The notes below the pieces were generated by a model, which had not been told where the DNA came from, made no database searches, and was given only the letters and a program-made list of their open reading frames with translations. A stretch of DNA of 64,000 nt, from positions 32,001-96,000 of the IMG/VR virus record IMGVR_UViG_3300047409_000574; one strand, given 5' to 3'. The stretch comes from a virus. The translations under genes were made by a program, and so were the position numbers. Every line of letters begins with the position of its first letter. Position 1 is the first letter of the stretch. Below, piece after piece: positions 46,472-56,053 of this stretch.

Positions 46472-48468
46472 GCACGACCGCGGCACCTTTGACGTTCGAC
46501 GCGTGGGAGGAGATGCGGGTCGAGATCGAGGAGGTCGCCGCCGACGGCACCCAGACCGCGGAGGAGCGGGCCGCCCGGCTGAACGAGTTCAAGCTCGACC
46601 TGACTGAGATGCTGGGGGTGGTCGCGACCTACATCGGGGATGCGCAGACGGAGGCGTCTGGTCGTACGAGGGAGGAGCAGTTGGCGGTCGAGCGGCTGCG
46701 CGAGAGTGCCGACATTCGCGCTGAGTTGCTGGAGCGCGGGGTGGCGACCGAGGAGGCGCTCGACGATGCGCTGATGCTTTCGCATGAGGCGATCGACCAG
46801 CTTGTCGAGGACGGCATGCTGGAGGAAACGGCGATGCACGTGGCCGGGTTCATGCGCAAGTTCGAGGAGGGTAGGCATCCGCGCGGGCGGGGCGGCAAGT
46901 GGATCGACGTGCTCGGCAAGATCACGAAGCTCAAGGAGGGCGACTCGCACTCGGCCGGGATGGGGGTGCGTGCGAAGAACATGGGCGGCACGATCCATGT
47001 GCAGCGGCACGGCAAGACGTTGTCGAAGCACACGAACCGGGAGAGCGCGGCGCGGGCGCTGCTGGCGGCGGCCGAGACCGCCCCGCCGAAGCGTCGCCGC
47101 GAACCGGTCGCGAGCGCCGAACATTGGAAGGGCGGCACGCATGTGTCGGTGACGGGCGGCCAGCACAAGGGCAAGTCCGGTGAGGTGGTCACCCATCATG
47201 CGTCTACCGGCGAGGCGACGGTGGACTTCGGCACCCATGTCGGGGTTGTGAAGCAGGAGCATCTGCGCCAGGACAGAGCACCGGGCGCGGGTGGCGCGGA
47301 GCGTGCGGCGGAGGATACGAAGATCGCATCGCGCGCGGCCGAGCAGGAGCTTTCGCCGGAGGAGAAGAAGGCGCTGTACGACGAGCGCAAGACTCGGCTG
47401 GAGACGCAGGCGGTGAAGGCGGTGAAGTCGGCGGCCGAGCGCGGGAAGCTCTCGGATGCGGAGTCTCATTTTTCTGAGACGGGTCGCGTCAGTCAGCGCA
47501 CGCTCGCGAACTATGTGGAGGAGGCTTCGACCTCGCCGCAGACGAGCGAGCTTTACTCGTCGATCAACGCTGCGACGGGTGAGCGCGTCTGGAACTCATC
47601 GCGCAAGGTGCTGCACGAGAGGATCATCACGGCGTACTTGAAGAAGCGGAAGATCGACCCGGAGACTGGCAAGTCGGTGCTCGACTACAGCCCCGACGCG
47701 GAGGACTTGCAGTCGCACCCGGATGGGCCGCGAGTTTTATTTTCTGGTGGGGGTTATGCGAGCGGAAAGGGCGGCGTGTTGAAGATTCTCGCGGCGCGCG
47801 GGGAGACGCCGCCGGACTCGTTCGTACTCGACCCGGATCAGATCAAGGCGGAGCTTCCCGAGTTTCAGGCGATGATCGGCACCGACCCGGAGGCGAACAT
47901 GCACGTCTACCGGGAGGCGTGGGCGATTGCGCAGGAGATTCAGGCGCGTGCGATGGAGAAGAAGCTGAACATCACGGTCGATGGGATCAGCAACACCGCG
48001 CCGGAGGAGATGGGCCAGCGCGTCAAGGCGTTCACCGATCGCGGCTACAGCGCTCATGTTGTCTATGCGGACATTCCGACGGAGGAGGCTCTCAAGCGTG
48101 CCGCGAATCGTGCCGAGAACGCGAAGGAGGACTCCGACCGCAGGATGATCCCGGAGATCATCATGCGCTCCGTGCATCGCGATGTGGCGGCGACGGTTCC
48201 GGCACTACCTGGCTACTTGGACGAGCACGGGATTCCAGCGCACATCGAGGTGTGGAACAACGATCAGGGCAAGGACGAGCAGGGACAGTTCCGTCCGCCC
48301 CTCAAGTTTTTCGAGCACGCGTCGTCGTCGCATCCTGGAATTGCCGGTGTCGGGGACAAGGCTGGTGGCGAGCTACAGACCGGCAGCATCGTCCACGATC
48401 AGGGCTTGTGGGACGCGTTTAGGAATAAGGGTCACGAGTCGATCTCTCACGTCGAGGGAACGAATTAG
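46468..48468 (+). CDS. HPR-tagged effector with KOW-like and zeta-toxin-like P-loop kinase domains
   Basis: FEEGRHPRGRGGKW; V.VTGGQHKGKSGEV; LFSGGGYASGKG, LDPDQIKAELPE, NITVDG, ALKRA.NR..RMIP; GDKAG near the end. Confidence 0.8.
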   Translation: MSTTAAPLTFDAWEEMRVEIEEVAADGTQTAEERAARLNEFKLDLTEMLGVVATYIGDAQTEASGRTREEQLAVERLRESADIRAELLERGVATEEALDDALMLSHEAIDQLVEDGMLEETAMHVAGFMRKFEEGRHPRGRGGKWIDVLGKITKLKEGDSHSAGMGVRAKNMGGTIHVQRHGKTLSKHTNRESAARALLAAAETAPPKRRREPVASAEHWKGGTHVSVTGGQHKGKSGEVVTHHASTGEATVDFGTHVGVVKQEHLRQDRAPGAGGAERAAEDTKIASRAAEQELSPEEKKALYDERKTRLETQAVKAVKSAAERGKLSDAESHFSETGRVSQRTLANYVEEASTSPQTSELYSSINAATGERVWNSSRKVLHERIITAYLKKRKIDPETGKSVLDYSPDAEDLQSHPDGPRVLFSGGGYASGKGGVLKILAARGETPPDSFVLDPDQIKAELPEFQAMIGTDPEANMHVYREAWAIAQEIQARAMEKKLNITVDGISNTAPEEMGQRVKAFTDRGYSAHVVYADIPTEEALKRAANRAENAKEDSDRRMIPEIIMRSVHRDVAATVPALPGYLDEHGIPAHIEVWNNDQGKDEQGQFRPPLKFFEHASSSHPGIAGVGDKAGGELQTGSIVHDQGLWDAFRNKGHESISHVEGTN

Positions 48469-48501
48469 GAACCGCTGCTTGCTTGTCACGGTAAGTAGGG
48501 T

Positions 48502-48717
48502 GTGCGCGTGGACTCGACCAAGACCAAGCGCGAAATAGCGACCGACCTCCTGCGTGATCTGTTTCGGGATCGAACGCGGATCGAGATTGCCGAAGCCGTC
48601 AAGCGCGGCGCGGCGCTCGGGGTCAGTCGGCGCACGCTGCTTCGCGCGGGGAGCGAGCTAGGGGTGCGCGAGGTGCACAACGGGCCGTTCCCGGCGTTCT
48701 GGCAACTCGACGGGTGA
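48502..48717 (+). CDS. Small HTH-like protein
   Basis: AAL GVSRRTLLRA..LGV..W.L. Confidence 0.5.
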   Translation: MRVDSTKTKREIATDLLRDLFRDRTRIEIAEAVKRGAALGVSRRTLLRAGSELGVREVHNGPFPAFWQLDG

Positions 48718-49187
48718 GCGCGTTCGAGATTTACACGGACGGCTGTTGCGCGCCGTCCAACCCTGGCCCCGGCGGCTATGCGGCGGTGATCTTGTCGGAG
48801 GCGTTCGCTGATGGCTCGTGGATCGTCAGCGGCGGTGAGCCGGACACGACAAACAATCGGATGGAGCTTCGGGCGGCGATCGAAAGTCTCTGCGCAATAC
48901 CTGGTGCGAGCACCGTCAGGATCATCACGGACAGCAAGTACGTTCGGGATGGGTTCACGAAGTGGCTGCCCAAATGGAAGCAGCGGGGCTGGCGCACGGC
49001 GTCGAAGGAGCCGGTGAAGAATGTCGATCTGTGGAAGGCGCTCGATGTAGCTGTGGCGCGGCACGCCGAGGTCGGGTTCTTCTGGATGCGCGGCCACCTG
49101 GGCAATCGTTGGAACGAGCGCGCAGATGAGGTCGCTGCTCTGGAGGCAGAGAAGTGGCTCGACGTTCCGGCCTGGAGTGCGGGTTGA
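48714..49187 (+). CDS. rnhA: Ribonuclease HI
   Basis: IYTDGCC..NPGPGGY, TTNNRMEL, TDSKYV, WK..GW..VKNVDLW, W.RGH.G..WNERAD. Confidence 0.97.
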   Translation: MSAFEIYTDGCCAPSNPGPGGYAAVILSEAFADGSWIVSGGEPDTTNNRMELRAAIESLCAIPGASTVRIITDSKYVRDGFTKWLPKWKQRGWRTASKEPVKNVDLWKALDVAVARHAEVGFFWMRGHLGNRWNERADEVAALEAEKWLDVPAWSAG

Positions 49188-49205
49188 GCGTGCGATACTT
49201 CACCC

Positions 49206-50132
49206 GTGGCTGACGAGCCGATGAAGCCGAAGGACGACATGACACCGCCGCCCGAGGCTGATGCGCCGACTGATGCGAAGCCAACCGACGCGAAGCCGAG
49301 CACGGTCTCCCCGGCGGGGATGACCGAGGCCGAGATTAGGGCCGCAGGCTTGGCTGTCGATGTTCCCTTTGAGAGTGGTAGCGCGACGCCGGAGCGGCTC
49401 AAGTATTCGAGCAACGCGGGGCAGGAGTGGACGCCACCGGCGGGCTGGCCGCCGGAGACCGGTGCGGTGCCGGATGAGGGGAGCGCGGCGGCGGTTGATC
49501 CGCCAGCACCGCCGGGGCCGGAGGTGCCGCCGGAGACTTCGCCTGCGCCCGGCCCGCCGGTGCCGCCTGCGTCGTGAGCAACGCGCTCAACCTGACGTGT
49601 CTGCCGAACGACCAGCTACGCCGTCAGGGCGCTTCGATCCTTCGAGTCGTTGCGGAGGTTCGTGACTTCGTCGAGGGCGAGGATGTGCCGGAGTCGCTCG
49701 TGCGCGATCTAGTGGAGATGGAGCGGGCAGGTCGGTGGCTGGTCAACGCGACTTCGATCAACCTTACGCGCGGGATTCCGGCAGTCGGCCTGACGGTGCC
49801 GCCCGTCAAGTAGCGTGCCGACCTGTCGTGTGTGTCCGGCCGAAATAATCTGGGCCATCTCGGACAACGGGAGGCGCATGCCGATCGACGCGGTGCCAGC
49901 CTCTCACGGCACGATCCTGTTGAAGCATGAGGGTGGGCCGGGGGAGCCGCCGCGCGCCCATGTGGTGTCGGTGGAGGAGCGGGAGAAGCTGCTGGCGGAG
50001 CACCGTTACCGGGTGGAGCATCTGGGGCATGCGGATACGCCGTTCGTGCTGTTTGTGCCTCATCACTTGACTTGCGCGAAGGTTGCGGCGGTGCGGGCGG
50101 GGGCGTTGAAAGGCCAGGAGCCTTTGTTCTAG
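49206..50132 (+). CDS. Three hypothetical proteins (49206-49577 Pro-rich, 49574-49813, 49815-50132 Zn-ribbon)
   Basis: Coupled ORFs; the last has CRVC.AEIIW..GRRMPID..HHLTC. Confidence 0.55.
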
Positions 50133-50137
50133 CGAGA

Positions 50138-50212
50138 GCCATCATTGTTTGCTACACTGAGGGCGACCCGCCAGACCAGCGGGAAGTGTGTAGACCACGG
50201 AGGTAGCGAATG
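50138..50212 (+). promoter_or_regulatory. Repeated promoter/operator element with CAGACCA-loop hairpin, copy 2
   Basis: GCCATCATTGTTTGCTACACTGAG..CCCGC-CAGACCA-GCGGG..GTGTGTAG..GGAGGTAG. Confidence 0.7.
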
Positions 50213-53200
50213 GCTCGGAGGGAATCGAACATCATGTCGGCCCAGGCGGCTCGCGCCCAGGCCAACCGGCTTGCTGCGCGCAACGCGCCGCATGCGCCGT
50301 GGGTGAAGTACGAGACGCTGCTCGGAATCGTCGATCGTGAGTGCGAGAAGCTCGGCCGCCGCTGGTACGGCGTCCCGAGCGCGTACGCGGCAATCAAGGA
50401 GATCGAGGCGGCCGACCCGGAGACGCGCAAGCTCGCCCGCCGGATGATGCTTGACCGGCTCGACGCGTTCCCGTTGCGGAAGGAGGCGTAGTCATGGCTG
50501 CTGCGACGAAGGAAGAACTGCTCGCCGACGTGGACGTGACGAAGCTGCCGGTGCGGCGTGTCGCGCCGGAGATGCTGACCGATGAGCCGCTTGCGGAGAT
50601 CGCGGTCGGCGACCTGGTCGTGATGCACTCGCGCAACGCGCTGCGTGTCGCGCAGGTGCTCACGGTGACGCCGAAGCGGGTGATGGTCGCCTACACGACC
50701 GAGGGCGCTTGGACGGCGGCGCGGAAGATCGCGGAGATGTATCTGACGCCCGGCTATGTCGAGCGGCTCGTGGGGCAGGCGCGCAGGACGGCGGGAAGCA
50801 ACTACGACTGGTTCGTCGCGCAGTCGAAGCCGGAGACGGCGAGCTACAACCCGAGCGAGGCGGACATGGCGCGCAATCGCGCACGGGTCGAGCGGGAGAC
50901 GCGCGAGGAGCACATCGAGCGGACGGTTCGCGAGGCGCGCGAGGGTGCGGAGGCGAAGGTCGCCGAAGCGAAGCTGGGCTGCGAGCAGTACGTGACGGTG
51001 ACGACGAAGTCGGTCAAGCGCTCCGACGTGTACGGGTTGAAGTCGTGAAGCGCAGGCCGGTGCCGCGCGAGTGGCGGGAGGATCATCACGACCTCACGTT
51101 GGACTCGCGGCGGCGATACGCGGGTCGTGATGGGTCGCGGCTCGCCAATCGTGCGGGTGGCGTTTGCTCGTGTGGGGAGCGCTTCGGTTTGAGGGCCGAC
51201 CCGCCGCGCCACAACATGGACGGTGGCGACGTGCGCGAGGCGTACAACGATCACGTCGAGGCGGCCTACTACGCGGAAGCTGACGCGGCGGCGGCGCAGG
51301 CGAAGCGCCGGTACAAGATCGGTGTCGCGACGACCCACCACGATGTGGTCGAGGTCGAGGCAAGCACCGGCGATGAGGCGGTCGAGATTGCACGCGCGAT
51401 GAACGCGCACGGCGAGGTGCCGCAGTCGCTTGGGATGACCGAGGTCACCTACCACGTGCTTGAGCCGGTGCAGTCGTGATGCGCGCCGTGACGGTTGCGC
51501 TCGCCGCTCACCGCTATGGCGAGTTGGAGAAGGCGATCCAACGGGAGACCGACCCGGCGAGGCGCGCCGAGCTTGTACGTGACCTGAACCGCATCGACAG
51601 GATGAGACGGAGGGCGACATGAAGTACGGGGCTGAGCTTGAGGAGGAGATCGTCGTGTTCCTGGGGCATGACGCGTCGCCCGAGGAACCGTTGATGCTCG
51701 GCTCGATCCAGAGCTTCTTCGCCTGGCGGCCGAGCGAGTCTCTGGCGGTCGAGCAGGCGCTCACCCGCCTGGTCAAGAAGGGTCAGGTGGTCGAGACGCG
51801 TGACGAGAACAATCTGCGCTGCTATTACGTGGCGGTGCCGACTGCTGGGCTGAGGCGTTCGCTGGCGGACGCGAGCTACGTGCTCGACTGGTTGCGCGCT
51901 CGCGAGTCGCCCGAGAACATCATCGGGTTGCAGGAGCGGGTCGTGCGGACGCTCGGCGGCGAGGGGCAGGCCCGTGAGATCAGAGGGGCGGTGCCGTCGT
52001 GATCGTCGTTGCGATCACGAGCCGCGAGTACGACGTGGCGACCAAGGCGCTCGACTCGTACAGCCCGGACGACGTTCGCGACCACGTGGCGCTCGCGAAG
52101 GTTCGCGTCAAGCTGGGCGACGCCAACGAGACCAAGAAGATTCGCTTCTCCAACAAGGAGGCAAATGTCTTGATGGATGCGCTCAACGAGTGCGACCCGT
52201 TCGACTCCGGCGAGGAGCAGACCGCCGGAGTTCTGAGCGAGAAGCTGACGGGCCGGGTGGCGTTGTGAGCGAGCTACATGATCCGTTCCACGATCGCGAG
52301 CGCTTTTCGGTTGTGCGCGAACCGAGTCAGACTCGGATGGTCTACGCCGTGATCGACAAGCTGAACGGCAATCTTCGCTATTCGCGCCATCACTCATCCG
52401 TCGCAGCGCACAAGCAGGCGGATAGCTTGAACGAAGCGTATCGCGCGGAGCGGCGCGCATGAGCAAGCTGCTGACGAGGGGCGAGCAACTGGTCGGGCAT
52501 CCGCTGATGGCGGAGCGGGTGGCCGGGGTGCCGCACTACGTTCCGGGCCAGCACCAGGTGGCGATCACCAGCCCGGCGGTGTTGCGCGAGATGGGCATTG
52601 ACGACGGCGTGGAGCATCCGGCGGCGGAGATCACCTATGTCGATCAGATGGGCGAGGCGGTCATGGTGCTCGCGTCCAAGGATGACGACGGCTGGGAGCC
52701 GGTGATTGTGGGCCGGGCCGGGCATCAGGTGTTCCGGGGCTGGCGGGTGGTCGGCGTGGACGGGTTCGAGTTTGTGTTGAGCGAGAAGATGCTGGCGGCG
52801 CTGGAGCGCGCGGAGCAGGAGATGGCGACGTGACGCTCGGCGACTGGAACAGGGTGCGCGGTGCTCGCGCGTGGTTCTACGGTCTCCGGGTTAGGGACTC
52901 CTCGAAGTCGCCCAACGTACTCACGTTCGCGGTGCATCGCGAGGCTGACGGGGTGACGCTTCGCGGCATCCGCGCGTCGGGTTACCGGACGACCACGCTC
53001 GCGCGCAAGATGAATGTGAGGGACTTGCCGGGCTATCAGTCGGCGGCGCTGGCGGCGATTCGCGAGTTCGAGGCGAACGAACGTGGCTAGGCGGGTCGGC
53101 CCGCGCGAGCGCCCGTGCTCGGATGGCGAGCTTGGGCATCCGATCGACCAGGTTTTCATCCACACCTGGCACGGCAACTACTCGGCGTTCAACGGCTACC

Positions 53201-53301
53201 GGTTCACGCCGTCGGACTACTCCGAACTCGGCTGTAGTCGGTGCGGTGTGTCGTGGCGGACGAACGCCGCCTACGTCGAGGAGTTGACGGCTCGTGTCTA
53301 G
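50210..53301 (+). CDS. Operon of about ten small hypothetical (early-type) genes
   Basis: 50210-50491, 50494-51048, 51045-51479, 51619-52002, 51999-52268, 52265-52462, 52459-52833, 52830-53090, 53083-53301; tightly coupled. Confidence 0.55.
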
Positions 53302-54304
53302 ACCTCGTGGGTTCGCACAATGGAACCCGAAGCCCGACACGCTGGCCGTCCTGGCGGATGTGGAGGGCGTGCTGGCGAGGTACTCCGAGTTCCTGCCGTT
53401 GACGGCCAGACAAATCTTCTACGCACTCGTTGGCACGACTGGCTACGACAAGACGGAGAAGGCGTATGCGCGGCTGTGCGAGTACCTGGTGCGCGCACGG
53501 CGGGCGCAGATGATTCCGTTCGAGTCTATCCGCGACGACGGCACGACCCACCACGACTTCGTGAAGTACCTGGGCGTTTCCAACTTCTGGGAGCAGATGG
53601 TCGATCATGCCGACCACTACGTGCGCGACAAGATGGCCGACCAGCCGGTCTACGTCGAACTGTGGTGTGAGGCGGCAGGCATGGTGCCCCAGTTGGAGCG
53701 GGTCGCGAACCGCTACTCGATCCCGGTCTACTCGACGGGTGGGTTCTCGTCGGTGACGGTGACCTACGAGATCGCGGAGCGCGCGCTGGCACGTGACCGG
53801 CCGACGGTGTTTCTGCACGCGGGGGACTACGACCCGTCGGGCGAGTCGATCTTCGATTCGATGACGCGGGACTCGGTGGCGTTCCTGCGCAACCGGATGG
53901 TCTGGGAGGGCAAGAAGAAGGGCTGGCCGTCCGGGGTGATGGACGAGATTCAGACCGGCAACGGCGGGCTGTTCGTCGGGGCGATCGGCGAGGCGATGCC
54001 GGAGGGCTACCCGGACTTGCGTCCGCGCCGGGTGGCGCTGACGGAGGAGCAGGTGGAGGAGCACGACCTGCCGACGGCTCCGGCGAAGCCGACCGATACG
54101 CGGTCGGCGAACTGGGTGGGCGAGACCTGTCAGTTGGAGGCGATGCCGCCGGATTTACTCGCGGAGGTGATCCAGGAGGCGATCCTCAGTGTGCTCGACC
54201 GCGACCGGCTGGAGGAGGTTTGGCTGGAGGAGAAGCGGGAGCGCCAGGTGGCGAAGGAGCAGATCGCTCGGCTGATCGAATCTGGCGACACTGAGGATGC
54301 GTAG
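53294..54304 (+). CDS. Toprim-domain protein (Topo VI-A / DUF2399-like)
   Basis: LTARQIFYALV, IPFESIRD, VELWCEA, GGFSS, FLHAGDYDPSG, RVALT.EQV...LP, QLEAMPP. Confidence 0.8.
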   Translation: MSRPRGFAQWNPKPDTLAVLADVEGVLARYSEFLPLTARQIFYALVGTTGYDKTEKAYARLCEYLVRARRAQMIPFESIRDDGTTHHDFVKYLGVSNFWEQMVDHADHYVRDKMADQPVYVELWCEAAGMVPQLERVANRYSIPVYSTGGFSSVTVTYEIAERALARDRPTVFLHAGDYDPSGESIFDSMTRDSVAFLRNRMVWEGKKKGWPSGVMDEIQTGNGGLFVGAIGEAMPEGYPDLRPRRVALTEEQVEEHDLPTAPAKPTDTRSANWVGETCQLEAMPPDLLAEVIQEAILSVLDRDRLEEVWLEEKRERQVAKEQIARLIESGDTEDA

Positions 54305-54305
54305 G

Positions 54306-54391
54306 GCCATCAGAGTTTGCTAGGACGTGCTACACTGAGGCCAGCCCGCAGACCACGGGCGTGTGTAGTCAACTGAGAGAGGTAGAGCATG
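54306..54391 (+). promoter_or_regulatory. Repeated promoter/operator element with CAGACCA-loop hairpin, copy 3
   Basis: GCCATCAGAGTTTGCTA..TGCTACACTGAG..GCCCG-CAGACCA-CGGGC-GTGTGTAGTC..GAGAGGTAGAGC-ATG. Confidence 0.7.
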
Positions 54392-55087
54392 ACGAGCAAC
54401 AAGCGCATCACCCGCTCCGCGACCCCGGCTCCTGGCGTGACTGTCGAGGTCGAGCGCGAGAGCATGGGCCAGGTGACCGAGTACGAGGTCTACGTGACCA
54501 ACGCGAAGGGGCGTGTTCGCTGGGGCGGCGGCACCAAGCGCGAGGCCCAGCGCATCTTCGACCGGACGGTCAAGAGGTTTGCGAAGGGGGTGGCGAAGTG
54601 AGCGGCGAGTTCTGCACCTGTCAGCAGGTGAGTAGGAACGTGTTTGACTGCCCGCTGCACGGCGAGCGGTTGCGCGCCGACTCGGTGCGCTACCAGGCCG
54701 AGCAGGAGTCGAAGCGGCAGGCGCGCGTCGAGCGTCGGGCGGACGACGCGGAGTACGCGCGCGGTGTGGACGACACGCGCCGGGCGCAGGAGGCTGGCCC
54801 GGCGGGTAGCGCCGCACGCGAGCAGGCGTACCTGGAGATGGAGGCCCAGTGGGCGCGGGAGGGTCACGATGGCTGATCTGGAGATCACACGTGACCGCAC
54901 CGGCGAGTTCATGGTCGTCCAGGTCGAGGGCGTCACTGACGCCGGTGTCGAGTTCGTGGACGGCTACTGCCCCGTAGGGGTGGAGTTCCAGGTGATCGAC
55001 AGCGGCCGGATCATCGTCCCGGAGCAGACGGCCGAGGCGATCCAGATTCTTGCGCGCGAGCGCGGTCTCACAACGGAGGTGGTCTAG
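54389..55087 (+). CDS. Three small hypothetical genes (54389-54601, 54598-54876, 54869-55087)
   Basis: Coupled ORFs after the repeated promoter. Confidence 0.55.
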
Positions 55088-56053
55088 GTGGCGATCGAGC
55101 AGCGCAAACGCACGAAGTGCGGGGGGTGTGGTCGGCGTAGGTTCGTGACACGAATGGACACTGGCGTGCTGTGCGATGGGTGTCGGCCGGATCAACTCTG
55201 GCGGGGCGTTACACCCGAGCAGCGATTCTGGGCAAACGTAAAGAAGCTCGAAGGTGTTGACGCGTGCTGGCTTTGGACACGAGGTAGTGACGCGCACGGC
55301 TTCGGCGTTCTGACGTTTGAGGGCAGACAAGAGGCTGTTCACCGCGTGTCGTGGCGACTTCACTTCGGCCCGATTCCCAAAGGAATGTGCGTGCTGCGTC
55401 GCTGCGAGCAGGCGCTCTGCGTCCGGCCGGATCATCTTTGGCTTGGTACGCGGCGCGACAAAGTGAACGACAAAACGAAGCGGGATCGCGTTAGGCGGAT
55501 CGCGGCTGCGCCTGTCGGCATGGTCATTACCAAGAAGCCCAAGATGACAGACCTGGAGATTGCGTGGACGGCTGGGCTGTTCGAGGGCGAAGGATCGCTA
55601 ATCGTTGTAGCGAAGCTCGATCCCTCCAGGCCATCGACCCAACTCTCATTGACGAGTACGGATCGCGATGTGATTGTGCGCTTCGCCGAGACCGTCGGAG
55701 CGGGCCGCGTGTATGGGCCGTATCAACCAGGTGCGGGCAAGTACGATCACTGGAAGCAGCAATATCTCTGGCGCGGTCATGGCTGGGCGCTGCTTCGCCG
55801 CCTGCGCGCTGAGTGGGGGCCGTATCTTGGTCGGAGACGACTCGCGCGATTCGACGAGATCGCAGCGATGGAGCCGCCGCCCTACGTTCGGATCAATCGC
55901 CATCAGCGCAGGTTCACTGAGGACGATGTGCGCGACATGCGTTCGTCCTACGCGCGGGGCGAGACGCAGGTGGCAATCGGGAAGCGTTACGGGATCGCCC
56001 AGCCGCATGTCGGAGAGATTGTTCGTCTTGAAACCTACAAGGAGATCGCATGA
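55088..56053 (+). CDS. Composite HNH plus LAGLIDADG homing endonuclease with C-terminal HTH
   Basis: CWLWT..VHRVSW..CVRPDHLWLGT (degenerate HNH); AWTAGLFEGEGS; FTEDDVRDMR..TQVAIGKRYGI. Confidence 0.8.
   Translation: MAIEQRKRTKCGGCGRRRFVTRMDTGVLCDGCRPDQLWRGVTPEQRFWANVKKLEGVDACWLWTRGSDAHGFGVLTFEGRQEAVHRVSWRLHFGPIPKGMCVLRRCEQALCVRPDHLWLGTRRDKVNDKTKRDRVRRIAAAPVGMVITKKPKMTDLEIAWTAGLFEGEGSLIVVAKLDPSRPSTQLSLTSTDRDVIVRFAETVGAGRVYGPYQPGAGKYDHWKQQYLWRGHGWALLRRLRAEWGPYLGRRRLARFDEIAAMEPPPYVRINRHQRRFTEDDVRDMRSSYARGETQVAIGKRYGIAQPHVGEIVRLETYKEIA

Noticed and set aside
48714-49187. RNase H as part of a retroelement (retron/DGR)
   Set aside because: No reverse transcriptase (YxDD) or TR/VR pair seen; it looks like an ordinary RNase HI
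53294-54304. Wadjet JetD or a complete topoisomerase VI
   Set aside because: No jetABC/SMC or Topo VI-B gene in the window; kept as a stand-alone Toprim protein
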